From: Octopus sinensis
Taxonomy: Eukaryota
Assembly: GCF_006345805.1 (NCBI RefSeq)
Contig: NC_043011.1
Coordinates: forward strand, 29,400,464-29,464,463
DNA length: 64,000 nt
Direction of reading: 5' to 3'
Positions 26,644-40,589 of this stretch are shown here, in pieces (the stretch's first letter is position 1; the number at the start of each line of letters is the position of its first letter). The position numbers were made by a program, and so were the translations under genes. The notes beneath the pieces were generated by a model that made no database searches, was not told where the DNA came from, and saw nothing but the letters and a program-made list of their open reading frames with translations.

Positions 26644-27173
26644 GGTTCAGGCCAACCTTGATCAAATGGACATATGATCAAAGGCATTCCGATCATGACA
26701 AACCTGCTTTTTCACAGAAGAATAAGAGTACATTATGCCATGTGTTTTTCTGATTCCCAAAACAGTAGAAAGAGGAGTGTGATATGGCGCAGAAAATCAG
26801 CTGTTATTGCTATTTCTTGCAGATTATGTGATTGAATAGAGTCTTTCTCATTAGGTTAAAACGCAATTAGTAAACGGGGTTTGGGATGATGTCTTACCTC
26901 CCCCAGTTTACATCCACTCCCTCATCCCCTCTCACGATCCACAGTTCATGTCCTCTCTTATGTTCACTTTCTTGTTCCTTGAGAGTTTGCTCTAGCACAC
27001 CATCCCTACCTTTCTCTTATCTCCTTCAGCAATATATCTCTTCTATAGCAAGACATCTGTGCTTGTCCCTCTGCCAGTGTTTCTTAACCAATTTTTTACA
27101 TACAGGCCCCTTTGATACCTATTTTACTTGAGTAGACCCTCTAGGCCATTCGATGATAAAAAAAAATTACATT

Positions 27174-27588
27174 ATAGGTGCAGGAGTGGCTGTGAGGTAA
27201 GTAGCTTGCTTACCAGCCACATGGTTCTAGGTTCAGTCCCACTGCGTGGCACCTTGGGCAAGTGTCTTCTACTATAGCCTTGGGCCGACCAAAGCCTTGC
27301 AAGTGGACTTGGTAGACAGAAACTGAAAGAAACCTGTCGTATATATGTATATGTATATATATGTGTGTATATGTTTGTGTGTCTGTGTTTGTCCCCACAA
27401 CATCGCTTGACAACTGATGCTGGTGTGATTATGTCCTCGTAACTTAGCAGTTCGGCAAAAGAGACTGATAGAATAAGTACTAGGCTTACGAAGAATAAGT
27501 CCTGGGTTCGATTTGCTCGACTAAAGGCAGTGCTCTAGCATGGCCACAGTCAAATGACTGAAACAAGTAAAAGAGTAAAAGAGAGAGT
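27174..27588 (+). mobile_element. CORE-type SINE family A
   Basis: Match to family A. Confidence 0.9.
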
Positions 27589-28699
27589 TATAGTTTTTAT
27601 AATTAAATACTATTAAGAAATTATATAGAACTAATCATTTAAAAATTCTGTGTATCATAGAAGTATAACCAATTAATGGCCACATAAATTTAAACAACAA
27701 AATTTTATATGTACCTCAGTTGAAAACTACTGGTTTAGCCTTTCAACATGTAACATTCAGCTATCACACCTCCACCTTCCCTTCCCAAATACTTCCTCTT
27801 AACAGTGGATGCCTTTTTTCTTTTTATTTTGCTCTGTTCTCTTCTGTCTTGCAAGTTATATGGCAACCTCACTAGAGCTGGTGGCCAAAAAATTGGTTGG
27901 CATTAGGAAGGGCATCCGGCCATAGAAAACATACCAAAGAAGATAATGGAGCTTGATTCAGGCCCTGCAGCTCACTGCTGCTTCCCTGTCAAACCATCTT
28001 ACCCATGCCAGCACCTATGTATATAAACACGTGTATTTGTATATTCTGAGTCAAAAGCGTGAAATTGTGGTCGTGGCATGTACAAGGCACCTGTGCTGGA
28101 GACACATACAAGGCACTTGTGCCAGTGTCATAAATTCGGCACTCATGCTGGTGATACGTGAGAGCCACCCAGTACTCTTTGCGAAGTGGTTGGCATTAGG
28201 AAGGGCATCCAAGTGTAGAAACCAAGCTAGAACAGACAGGAGCCTGATGGGGCTCTCCGGCTTATCAGTTCCGGTCAAACGACCTAACCCATGCTAGCAT
28301 GGAAAACGGACGTTCAATGATGATGATGATGATGATGATGATCAGGAGGAGGAAGAGGAGGAGTGTCTGTTTGTGAGTGTGTGCGTGTGCATGATTGTGC
28401 ATCTGTGTGTGAGCGCATTGCATGTATTTGTACAATGTATACGTGAGGAATTCATTGCATTGTTAAAGTCCTGGACATAATGGTTTGTAGTATTTCTTCT
28501 GAGCCTTTGCACTCTTTGTGGTAACTCTTTGCAACAACAATGGTGCCGAACTATTGATCAACTTTTGAGAAGAAGCACTTTCTTTGGACAACGCTGGTTA
28601 TATGGAAAAAGGAAAGTGCATTTACAGGCAGCTGTTAGCCACAGAGAAAAATACTTGCCCAAGATTACATATGCATGTGTGTGTGTCTGATAGAAAAAT

Positions 28700-29375
28700 A
28701 TATTGTGTCTGTTTCCTATTTGAATTTATTCTTATGTATGCATTGTCCAGGCATGTATGCACATGGTCTGTGCACTGTGTGCATATAAGACTCGCGAAGT
28801 GATTCCTCTCTGATCCTGTCCAGGTATGTGATGTTGACAAGCAACAAAAAATAGCAAAACATTGCTATCCATCATTCCTAGATGAGATTAGAAGTGAGTT
28901 ACCTCACCTGTCAATGATTTTCAAATGTTTTAGCACCCGGCACTCTCAGAGAATATTCTCAACCGCACCAAATCACAGGCTACCAGCAAATACATGGGTG
29001 ATACATGCTAAGTATATGTGGGTGGTAATGTTTATTACGCTTGTGCTGCTTGTATTTCATATCTGAATTTATTCTTGCATATGCATTGTCCAGGCATACA
29101 TGCACATAGTTTGCATGCTATGTGCATATGTGTTGAGGACTAGCGAAATAATTCATCTCCAAACCTGTTCTGATACATGATATTGACAAGTAACAAGAGT
29201 GGCAAAGCATCAATGTCTATCACACCTAGATGGGATTAAAGGTGAGTGATCTCCCCTGTCCATTATTTTTGGGCGTTTTAACACCTGACACCTTGAGAGA
29301 GTATTCTTCTCTGTGTCAAATCACAGCCTACTGGCAAATACACAAAGCATGTGCATTGAGTATATGAGGTTGATA
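28700..29375 (-). repeat. Old tandem pair with a unit of about 345 bp, possibly a LINE RT 3' fossil
   Basis: 28718-29020 and 29060-29370 are clearly homologous but diverged. The minus frame YQNRFGDELFR loosely resembles the CR1/L2 RT C-terminus. Confidence 0.4.
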
Positions 29376-29664
29376 ATATATACATATACATAAGGCGGCA
29401 GGCTGGAGAAACGTTAGAATGCTGGACGAAATGCTTAGCGGTATTTCATCTGCCGTTACGTTCTGAGTTCAAATTTTGCTGAGGCCGACTTTGCCTTTCA
29501 TCCTTTCAGGGTCGATAAATTAAGTACCAGTTACGTACTGGGGTCGATCTAATCGACTAGCCCCTTCCCCAAAAATTTCGGGCCTTGTGCCTAAAATAGA
29601 AAAGAATATATACATATACAGTAGTACCTCAGTTTTCAAACAACTGATCGCGAATAAATCGTGC

Positions 29665-29698
<34 letters not shown>

Positions 29699-29699
29699 C

Positions 29700-30091
29700 A
29701 CTAGCAGTATCGCCCGGCGTTGCTCGGGTTTGTAAGGGAAATAACTATATAAGCATTTTTGTAAAGTATAATAGCCATCTCAATATGGCTAACCACAAAG
29801 GAGGGGTGTTACTGTAGCTTTTTACGTTCTGAGATTTAATAATAAATTTTTAGAGAGTTACTTCCCTTATATATGCCAAAAATGCATTAAAAATGGGAAA
29901 AATTTATGGTAAATTTTTTTTTTAAATCGTAGACTCATTGTAGACATGCGCTAATACCCAGAAGGGCTCGATATGAATCACGACTATAAGATACCCGGTT
30001 TTGGTTAAACTGCACCCCAAAATCTGGGAGTAGTTAGGAATCTAAATCGTAGGAGACAGCAGCACACAACCTCTCTTTTATATATAAAGAT
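29700..30091 (+). mobile_element. Helentron-associated non-autonomous element (HINE-like)
   Basis: 5' ACTAGCAGTATCGCCCGGCGTTGCTCGGG with a short hairpin; 3' ...ttttatatataaagat; inserted in (TA)n; homologous to 60781-61292. Confidence 0.8.
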
Positions 30092-30368
30092 ATATTATAT
30101 ATTTATATATGTATATAACATTATATATATATATATAATATATATATATATAATATAATATATAATTATATATACATATACATATATATATAAGATATAT
30201 ATATATATATATATATATACATACATACATACATACATACATACACATATATACATATGTGTGTGCGTTTGTTGTTGTTGATGTTGTTGTGTGTGTGTGT
30301 GCATAGTTTGGGTATGCACGTGTATTTATGTGTGAGAGTGAGAATGTGTGTGCATGTGCATGTGTGTA

Positions 30369-30413
<45 letters not shown>

Positions 30414-31097
30414 CTCTCTCTCTATATATATATTATATAACACACACATACACATATGCATATATTTATGTACATGCACAGGCACTCACATGGCTGTACG
30501 TGTTTATGATACATATGTGTATATGAATAAATACTTGAAATTGAAGCAAGAGAAAATGAATGAAAGAGAAAAGAAGAGAGAAACAGAGAGAAAGAGAGAG
30601 AATGAGAGAGAATGAGAGAGAGAGAGAGAAAGGGAGAGGGAATGTGAGAGAGAGAGAGAGAAAGAGAGATAGAGACAGAGAAAATAGATGAGTCAATATT
30701 TAAGTTTAAATGAAGCTATATATTTAGGTATACATAAATATCTCTGTGTGTGCGTGTGTGTGTATGTGTGTGTATGTGTGTGTATGTTTAAATATGTATA
30801 TGTTTGTATGTGTTTGCATAGTGTTGCATAAGAGCAGAAATACTTTCGGAATGCTATCATCTCAGAAACTCGTAATCAGCAGTGATTAATCTGATACAAA
30901 ATTGATACCGAGTTACTGTTGTTGTTGTTGTTTTTGTTTAACCCTGGGTTAGTCCTGATCAAGTAGACATACTAACGATCAAAAGCATTCTTGCTGTGGC
31001 CTTCCAGTGTTTTTCTATGTGTAGAGAACTGAAGATCAGTGCCTCCTTAAGGCATGGCTAGACTTGGCAGTTTCCCAGATGCCTCATGGATCCAGAG

Positions 31098-31152
31098 GCC
31101 CCACAAGCCCAGGGACCTCACAAGTCCAGGGACCTCACAAGTCCAGGGACCA
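31098..31152 (+). repeat. Three copies of a 17-bp tandem unit (cacaagtccagggacct)
   Basis: Directly visible. Confidence 0.85.
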
Positions 31153-32295
31153 AATTCTGACTAAAGTATACTGCTCTTGCTATCAATAAATAATTACTCT
31201 GAGGATCAGTGCACTGATTCACCTGAGGCCCTAAATACTGTTAAAACGGCCCTGCTCAAGGCTGCAATATTGAATATGTCATTTCTAAGTGTGATCTGAA
31301 GGAGATTTAGCTAGCATTTCTAGCAAATCAAATGGTTGGTTGTTGTTTCTTTGCCTACCGTGAGCAAGCTGATACATATGTCTGTATACACGTGTGTCTA
31401 AGAATAGAATGGTAATAGAAATCAAAGAGATGGTATCAGAAGAAACCAAGTGTTATGTGATGAACTTCATTAGCTTACAGCTGTTTCTGCTGTAGCAGAC
31501 GTTTGGTTTGTTTCAGTGTCATCTCTTTCTTTTCTGTTACCACTCTATATTCTTATAACATAGTGTTCTGAACCATATGTATCTTGAGTTCTACACCAGG
31601 TTATTAGTCTTGCTATGCTTAAGAGAAATATTAAAATACATGTGTATATATATATATATGCGTGTGTGTGTGTGTGTTTATGTTTATTTGTTCACATGTA
31701 TGTGTTTCTGTGTGTGCATGAATGCGTGCATGTATGTTTGGGTGGTCTTCATTTAAGAACATGAAGAGATAATAAATCACCATCTTTCAACAAGGTGAGG
31801 TTATTGTCACAGTGCTACCACTGTTTACTGTAGTGGATTATACCATCCAGGGTACCCTTTACAAGCTACATGGACTTATCCTTTGAGAATCAACAGGTTG
31901 TCAGATACTGTAACAACACAATACTGTTGAGAGGACTTAGACTGCCAACCCTTTAAGTTGGTTTTCCTACTCAGCCATCTAAAAGTCATCTTTAAAAAGA
32001 AATTGGATGAAATAGTGTTTCTGCTCTATTTGGAATATCTCTTCATTTCCACTAAACAATGTCAAGCAAAATGCCATGCAGTATTTGTTCCTGTTCACTG
32101 AGTTCAAATACAACCAACGTCAAATTTACCATACATTTGAGTGGGGTCCAATAAGATAAATAATAATCCATTGTTGGTATTAGGAAAGGCATCTAGCCAT
32201 ATAAATCATGCCAAAAAAGACAATGGAGCTTGATTCGGGCCCTGCAGCTCACTGCTTCCATGTCAGACCATCCAATCCATGCCAGCACCTATGTA

Positions 32296-32817
32296 CCGTA
32301 AATCCTTGAGTATAGTCCGCTCTTGAGTATAATATGCAGGGGATTTTTAAGGAGTTGTACCTCTGAAAAACCTAAACCTTGTGTATAATACGTACCCCTT
32401 CTCTAACTTGAGTCGTACATAATTAAGCCAGCAGCACCTAGTCGAACAAACACTTCCATGCATGCGTTATACAATAATGGTGATGTTCTTAACTGTTATA
32501 TGGGAATGTAAATATGTTTGCATGTTGTTTTTGTTACATGTTATTCTGTTTTCTGAATACTTTTATTTTAATAAATGTTGCCTACTGCAAGTTATGGATG
32601 ATTCTTTTATGACTTCATTGCTTTCAGGCTTAGTTTAAGGTATTTTCGTGCCTGACATCACAAAATGTGTCTGAATAAACATTGCCGGACAGCAAACAGA
32701 GACTCAAACATTGCTTAGAAAATATTTTTCATTTTTAACCTTGTATATAGTATGCACTAGAGATTTTGACCATTAAATTTTGGGGAAAAAATGCGCATTA
32801 TACTCAAGGATTTACGG
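32296..32817. mobile_element. Tc2/pogo-like MITE with a TA TSD
   Basis: Perfect TIRs CCGTAAATCCTTGAGTATA / TATACTCAAGGATTTACGG, each flanked by TA. Confidence 0.9.
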
Positions 32818-33127
32818 TATGTAAATGTGTATTTGTATATTCTTAGTCAAAATCACGAAATCATAGTCATGGAATATAAAAGGCACCTGTGTTGGTGACA
32901 TATACAAGGCATTCATATCAGTGACACAAAATGGGCACTCATGCTGGTGACACATGAGAGCCATCCAGTGAGAGCCACCAAGGTCAAATTTGCCATACAT
33001 TTGGGGCTCCAATAAGATAAATATTAATCCATGGTGCTGAAGTAGTAAAATTGTTAGATCATTGGATTAGATACCTTGTGCTATTTCTTCCAGATCCCTA
33101 CATCCTAAGTTCTTCGAGAGATGATAT

Positions 33128-33487
33128 ACGAGGTGGTATCAAAAGGTTCCTGGACTAGTTCTGTAGTGCACCAACAGGTGGCAGCACACAGTTGTGTGAA
33201 CAGTGAGAACTAGCAGTGATTTTCCTGAAGCAGTGTGCTGAGTGACATTGCTGTACTCTTTTTACTATTTACTCTTTACTTGTTTCAGTCACTTGACTGT
33301 GGCCATGCTGAAGCACTGCCTTTTTAGTCGAGCAAATTCACCCCAGGACTTATTCTTTGTAAGCCTAGTACTTATTCTATTGGTCTCTTTTGCCAAACCA
33401 CTAAGTTATGGGGATATAAAACACCAGCATTGGTTGTCAAGCGATGTTGGGGGACAAACATAGACACACAAACATATACACAAATAC

Positions 33488-33525
<38 letters not shown>

Positions 33526-33952
33526 TATATATACACACACATATATACGACGGGCTTCTTTCAGTTTCCATCTACCAAATCCACTCACAAGGCTTTGGTC
33601 GTCCCGAGGCTATAGTAGAAGACACTTGCATTAGGTGCCACGCAGTGGGACTGAACCCAGAACCATGTGATTTGGTTCATAAGCAAGCTACTTACCACAC
33701 ACAGCCACTCCTATGCTGTGTTTACTTTGCATGTGAAATTTGTGTTTCTGTCATGACATAAATGCTGTAGTCTGTGATTTTGTTATGGACAGGAACAAAG
33801 AACCAATATAAAATATCATGTTAAACTTGGAAAGTCTGTTGCAGAAACATTGAGTTTGCTTTGGCAAGCTTACAATGACAAGGCAATGGGTCTTATGCAA
33901 TGCTTTGAGTGGCACAGGTGCTTCAGAAGTGGAAACCCATCTGTTTCGTCAG
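33128..33952 (+). pseudogene. Mariner 5' fragment interrupted by a SINE
   Basis: TIR-like cgaggtggtatcaaaaggttcc. The frame at 33790 reads QEQRTNIKYHVKLGKSVAETLSLLWQAYNDKAMGLMQCFEWHRCFRSG (mariner HTH). Confidence 0.8.
33256..33712 (-). mobile_element. CORE-type SINE family A nested in the mariner
   Basis: Match to family A; short tgctgt direct repeat at the ends. Confidence 0.9.
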
Positions 33953-35064
33953 AATGTATTTCAGGGTCATAGGCATTTTGTCCCTTAGCCTGTATGCTCC
34001 ACCTGAGTAGGGCACTGAAGACTGAGGAGAAGATGATGGAGCAATTTCTATTGAGGCAAGTGACCTACTTGATCATGTTCTCAAAGTTTCCTTCACCAAA
34101 TAAATAAATAATAAATAAATAAATAGGTAAATAATTATAATAAAATAAAAGAAAATTCTTTCTTTCTTTAAAAACTGGGAACCTCTGTCTGAAATATTAT
34201 ATTTTAGGACACCATGCTTCATTATAAAGCACAATTGCAATAGCTGGAAAGCAAATTGAACAATCATTTGAATAAGCATCTTAAGGAGAATTTCCCTGGG
34301 GCGAATTAAAAACAACAACAACAACAACAACAACAAGAGAATTTGAATACATAACATCCAACTGTTATTTACCATATTCTTATTGTTGTTGTTTTTTTTT
34401 ACATATGAAAAAAAATACTTCATACATTTTTGTAAATAGAAAAATTCTCTTCTCTTTCCCTTCCTTTTATATTTTCTGTTTAGAATTTTGGCCTCAGGGC
34501 AGAAACTAAATATCCAAGCAGAAAGTTCTATTGTAGTACTCAGCTCAGAGTTCTTGAGATCAAATTCACTGCAGGCATTTCGTTGTGTATTTGGACAAAA
34601 GCGACACATCTAATTCCAGCCTTAGTTTGGTGAGAATGGGCACCAGTATCCCACGAAATGTAAGCTAACATTGGACACAAACACACACACACATAAATTA
34701 ATGAATGACAAAAGAACTGGAGTTATATAACCACCTACATTAGCTAACAGCTGTTTCTGCTACATGAAGCAGTACATACAAAATTTAGTGCTTAGGCACC
34801 AGCCTCCTAAAGCTTCCTTGGTGCCAGAACCATTACACTAACACACACACACACACACACACACTCACACACAAGCGCAATAGTATGTATAGTGAGGTCT
34901 ATATGGGGATGATTAAGAAGTTAACTTAGCTGCTCTGTGGTTCCATGTTTGACTCTACTGTGTAGCCTGAGAATTTGGTGAGCAAAAAACTGTGCAGAAG
35001 CCTCTCACATGCACACATACACTCACACACACAAAGGTGCATGCATACTTACACACATATATAG

Positions 35065-35120
<56 letters not shown>

Positions 35121-35294
35121 ACACACATTTTATTAAGGAAGCTATTCACAATTTAGTGACAACTGTATATATATATCTGTAAATATAATATCTTGACTAC
35201 CGAATAATTGTCACATATTATATTTACTGATAAATTCCTCTATTTACATAATATTGAGGTCTCTTTCTTTCTTTTGTTATCTTACCGTTTTTTA

Positions 35295-35361
<67 letters not shown>

Positions 35362-35577
35362 ATATATATATATATATATCTATATATATATAATTCCAAG
35401 AGAGTTGGAGGTTGTGAATATAACCATCTAAGGGATAATATCTATCCAATATACTGCTGGTAGAAAACCCAATTATTAATACACAAGTGTTTTTTTATTG
35501 CATGGTAATTACACTACTGTATGTAATAAATGGGTGAGGGTAAAAAGTTGTTTTACCCTTAATTTATACAGTAAGGA

Positions 35578-36186
35578 AGGTGGTATTCATCAACTTTTAG
35601 ACATTATATTATGTCTATTTATTTATTTAAAAGAAAAACAATTATAACAATATAAATACATGTATAACATATTATGCTTTACATATATAATATATAAAAT
35701 ATAAAAATACCAATATACTATTAAAATATATAATGTAGAGCATAGAAAGTAGAATATAGAATATATATTTTGGCAGTGAAGTGGCAGAAGCGTTAGCATG
35801 CCGGGAAAAATGCTTAGGCATTTCATCTGCTATTGCATTGTGAGTTCAAATTCCGCCGAGGTCGACTTTGCCTTTCATCCTTTCAGGGTTGATAAATTAA
35901 GTAGCAGTTACACACTGTGGTCGATGTAATCAACTTAATCCCTTTGTCTGTCCTTGTTTGTCCCTTCTATGTTTAGCCCCTTGTGGGCAATAAAGAAATA
36001 AGAAAGTAGAAAATAGAAATTCTACATTCTATGCTCTATGTTATATATTTTAATAATTACTGGTATTTTTATATTTTATATATTATATATGTAAAGCATA
36101 ATATGTTATACATGTATGTATATTGTTATAATTGTTTTTTAAAAAAATAAATAAACATAATGTCTAAAGGTTGATGAATACCACCT
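35578..36186. repeat. Palindrome with arms of about 170 bp, interrupted at its centre by a family B SINE
   Basis: 35578-35750 is the reverse complement of 36020-36186; TSD agaaagtagaa(t/a)atagaa at 35744-35761 and 36001-36018. Confidence 0.9.
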
Positions 36187-36849
36187 CTTGATCCCCTCCA
36201 TTTTCTCATTGCTGTATATATATACCAGCAGACGAGTTGAATTTTTCAGTCTAAAATTTACAGCCCAAAATGGAAGGTTGATTTATAAACCAAGATAACT
36301 TAGAGGACTGTTGGATCGGATTTGGAAAGATGGTTGTCAACATTTGAATATTTACTCAATTTGTTTACACTACATACTATGTTAAAATGTATGCCAGGAA
36401 ATATGGCATGCAGATAGGGAAAGATGTTAACAGAAGTGTCAAACCCAATAAGAGGAGAAAAATGATTCTGAAACCACAACACGTGTAGCATTCGTTTCAT
36501 ACTGAGATACAAAAGCAATTCTTGATCACTCCCTCCAGATCACAAATACTGGGAATCAGAGAGTCTCTCATTGGAAATCTATAATCAATGGTACCATTCT
36601 TCACTAAAAGCAGTAAAAAAATTAATAAAAAAAAAAAATGGGATAAAATAACAGAAAAGTAAAACAAAAGGAAAAAATACAGGCTGTATTGGTTCATCAA
36701 TAAATGTTTTGATTATTCCAATTTTGTGTACTTCAGATAGCATATTCGCCAGTGTAATAATTGCAACTGCATAAAACATTCACCACTTTTCATAAGAATA
36801 TTTTGGGGGAATGGAATAGGTGAAACAATTCTAATGTATATTCTATTAT

Positions 36850-37405
36850 TCTTTTACATGTTTTAGTCATTTGACTGTAGCCATCCTGGAGCACAGTCTT
36901 GAAGGGTTATTGTCAAGTAAATCGAACAACAGGACTTATTTTTTTTTAAAGATTAGTACTTATTCTATTGGTGACTTTTGCTGAACTGCTAAGTTATGGG
37001 GACGTAAACACACCAACACCAGTTGTTAAGTGGTGATGGGGGTGGGTGGAGACAAACAGACATATAGACACATGTAAATATCGACATGCGCACACATGCA
37101 AACACACAAGACAGTCTTCTTTCAATTTCCTGTTACCAAATCCACTCACAAGGCTATAACAGAAGACACTTGCCAAGGTGACATGCAGTGGGACTGAACC
37201 CAGAATCATGTGATTGGGAAGCAAGCTTCTTACCACACTATGACACCTTTGTGGCTGTGAGGTTGAGTGCTAAGTAGCTAGCTTTCCAGCCATGTGGTTC
37301 CGGATTCAGTGTCATTGTGTATCACTTTAAACAAGGGTTTTCTACTATACCTTTGGGCTGATCAAAGCCTTTTGAGGAGATTTGGTGGATGGAAACTGAA
37401 AGAAG
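36850..37405. mobile_element. Two head-to-head degenerate family A SINEs
   Basis: Minus copy 36850-37245 and plus partial copy 37250-37405. Confidence 0.75.
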
Positions 37406-37413
37406 CTTGTTGC

Positions 37414-37456
<43 letters not shown>

Positions 37457-37569
37457 ATATATATATATATATATATATATCGGTGGCATGTAAAAAGCAC
37501 CCACTACACTCTAGGCATGGTTGGTGTTAGGAAGGGCATCCAGCTGTAGAAACATTGCCAGATCAGATT

Positions 37570-37893
37570 GCCTGCATTTATATAAAAATTGCAGATGCAA
37601 TAACAGAAGACAGAAATGCAGGAATATATAAATTTATTATTGCATTAAAGGTAAATTTCACACTCCAACCATGAAGAAGTGTATGAAAAAAAGTTATGCA
37701 TTATTTTAGACCTTCGCTATCAAAACCACTTTCACAGTTGCACAAGATTATATTATGAAATTATCATCATTATCTTCATCATCGTTATCAGCATTATCAT
37801 CGTCGCCGTCATCATCACACTCATCATCACCATCATCATCATCACCATCATCACCACCACCACCACCACCATCAGCAGCAGCAGCAACATCAC

Positions 37894-37926
<33 letters not shown>

Positions 37927-38053
37927 AATCACCACCACCACCACCATCATCACCACCACATTCATCACCGCCATCATCATCACCACCATTACCATCACCA
38001 TCATCATCACCATCATCATCATCACCACCATTACCACCACCACCACCACCACC
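37570..38053 (+). repeat. Inverted copy of 39918-40414
   Basis: About 200 bp of near-identical unique sequence plus a matching order of (CAT/CAC) repeat variants. Confidence 0.92.
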
Positions 38054-38150
38054 AGTCGCCAGTCAAACCATGCAACCCATGTCAGCATGGAAAACGGACA
38101 TTAAATGATGATGATATATATATATATATGTGTATATATATATATATGTA

Positions 38151-39025
38151 TTGGATTGAAGAATAATTCATGAATGTTTTTTTTCAAATTTAAGAATACA
38201 AACAAAAAGAAAATGCTTTGACAAAATGTTTTATGTTATTTAAAGATAATTATTTTCTCTACAAGATAGTGTGCTTTGACTTTTTAGTTCTATTGATTTT
38301 TGTGTATTTTCAGATCATTAAAATGGGATGTAATGGGGACAAAACTGAGCATCTTCAATACCATTTGCATTTTGCATTTAATCATGGTGTTAAGGCCACT
38401 GAAGCTGCTCATTAGATTTGTGCTGTGTATGGAGAAATAGCAATGCTTCAAAGTACTGCCCATTGTTGGTTTTTGTGCTTCAAGAGTGGGAACTTTGACC
38501 TCAAGGACAGATCACACATACCAATTGACCAACTGATTTCAATGAAGAGTGATTGAATCAACTTCTTCATGAAAGTCCATGTCAAATGACCAGAGAATTA
38601 TGCCCTAACTCAATGAAGCAATTCAGCAAAAAAGACCAAATAGGCAAAATGGCATTCTTCTGCAACACAGCAATGGCTGTCTTCACATTGCCAATATGAC
38701 CAAAGCTGTGATTCAAGAACTCGAATGGAAAATGCTGCCTCATTCTCTATACTCTCCAGACATGGCGCCATCAGATTTTCCATTCTTTCAATTGCTTTCG
38801 AATGCTTTACATGGTGTATCATTCAATAATGATGTGGAATTGAGGGCTTGGTTGGATGAATTCATTAGGTTCAAGATCAGAAGATTTCTATCGCCGAGAC
38901 ATTGGAAAACTTATTGAATGATGAGAAGTCATAAACAACAGAGAGTATATTATTGATTAATTTGTTGTAGTTTTTTGTATAAAATAAATCTTAAAAAAAC
39001 GCTCATGAATTATTCCTCAGCCCAA
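38151..39025 (+). mobile_element. Internally deleted mariner transposon with both TIRs
   Basis: TIRs ttggattgaagaataattcatga / tcatgaattattcctcagcccaa with TA on each side. Remnants HFAFNHGVKATEAAH*ICAVYGE...WF..FKSGNFDL and PHSLYSPDMAPSDF (YSPDLAP motif). Confidence 0.92.
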
Positions 39026-39364
39026 TATTTTAAATATGAAGGTGGCAAGCTGGCAGAAACGTTAGCAAATTGGGCAAAATACTTAGTGGTATTTCGTCTG
39101 TCTTTACATTCTGAGCTCAAATTCTGCTGAGGTTGACTTTGCCTTTTGTCCTTTCAGGGTCGATAAATTAAGTACCAGTTGTGTACTGGGATTGATCTAA
39201 TCAACTGGCCCCTCCTCCCAAATTTCGGGCCTTTTGCTTAAAGTAGAGAAAGAAAACTATGTATGACTCCTCAATTGAGTGAGGTATAGACTGGATAAAT
39301 AAGAAACTATGATAGAAGGAGAGAAGTAGGAATCTTGCTGAAGAGTGGCTTGCTCAACAGGGAA

Positions 39365-39403
<39 letters not shown>

Positions 39404-40038
39404 GGAGAAAGAGAGAGAGAAAGAGAGAGAGAAAGAGAAAGAAAGGAGAGAGAGGTGTGAATGTGTGTTTGTGTATGTGTTTGTGTGTGTGTGTGTGTGC
39501 CTTTGTGCATGTGTGCGTGTGTTTGTGTGTGTGTGTGTGTGAGCATGCATGCGTGTGTGTGTGCACGTGCGCATGTGTGTGTGTGTCTGCATGTACCCTT
39601 GTCTTGATATTGTGTGATGATTGTAAAGAAGCATCACTGTCATACAAGCAGTGTTGTTTATTTCCAGTCTTCACTAAAAAAAAAAAGAAAAAAGATCTCT
39701 ACACAGGGAAATATATAACCTTGCTTGGAAAGAAATGGAGATTGGAAAGAGAAAAGACATCGAATTGAACAAGATCTGCCTTACTGAATTCTGTATGACG
39801 TGTGTAAGCATGGAAAAGTGGATGTTAAATGATGATGATGATGATGACGATGATGATGATGATGATGATAATAATGATGATGATGATGATGGTGGTGGTA
39901 GTGGTGGTGGTGATGATGGTGGTGGTGGTGGTAATGGTGGTGATGATGATAATGGTGATGATGATGGTGATGGTAATGGTGGTGATGATGATGGCGGTGA
40001 TGAATGTGGTGGTGATGATGGTGGTGGTGGTGGTGATT

Positions 40039-40070
<32 letters not shown>

Positions 40071-40589
40071 CGTGATGATGCTGCTGCTGATGATGATGGT
40101 GGTGATGATGGTGATGATGATGATGGTGATGATGAGTGTGATGATGACGGCGACTATGATAATGCCGATAACGATGATGACAACAATGATGATGATGACG
40201 ATGATGAAGATAATGATGATAATTTCATAATATAATCTTGTGCAACTGTGAAAGTGGTTTTGATAGCGAAGGTCTAAAATAATGCATAACTTTTTTTCAT
40301 ACACTTCTTCATGGTTGGAGTGTGAAATTTACCTTTAATGCAATAATAAATTTATATATTCCAGCATTTCTGTCTTCTGTTATTGCATCTGCAATTTTTA
40401 TATAAATGCAGGCATGGTTATAGGCACATATGTGATGTATGGTTGAGAAGTTCACCTCTCAACCACCTGATTTTGGGTTCAGTCCCTTCCACTACATGGC
40501 ATCATGGACAACTGTCTTCTACAAAAGCCCTGAGATGAACAAAGCCCTGTGAGTGGATTTGGTAGGGTAAAGACCCTACCAACTGAATG

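Noticed and set aside
31098-31152. Short direct repeats as a possible CRISPR-like array (also 17540-17700)
   Set aside because: There are no unique spacers, the context is eukaryotic, and these are simple tandem units.
34484-34659. Plus-strand exon candidate with a strong polypyrimidine acceptor and donors at 34630 and 34660
   Set aside because: Several alternative frames and boundaries are possible with no recognisable protein; it cannot be supported without transcripts.
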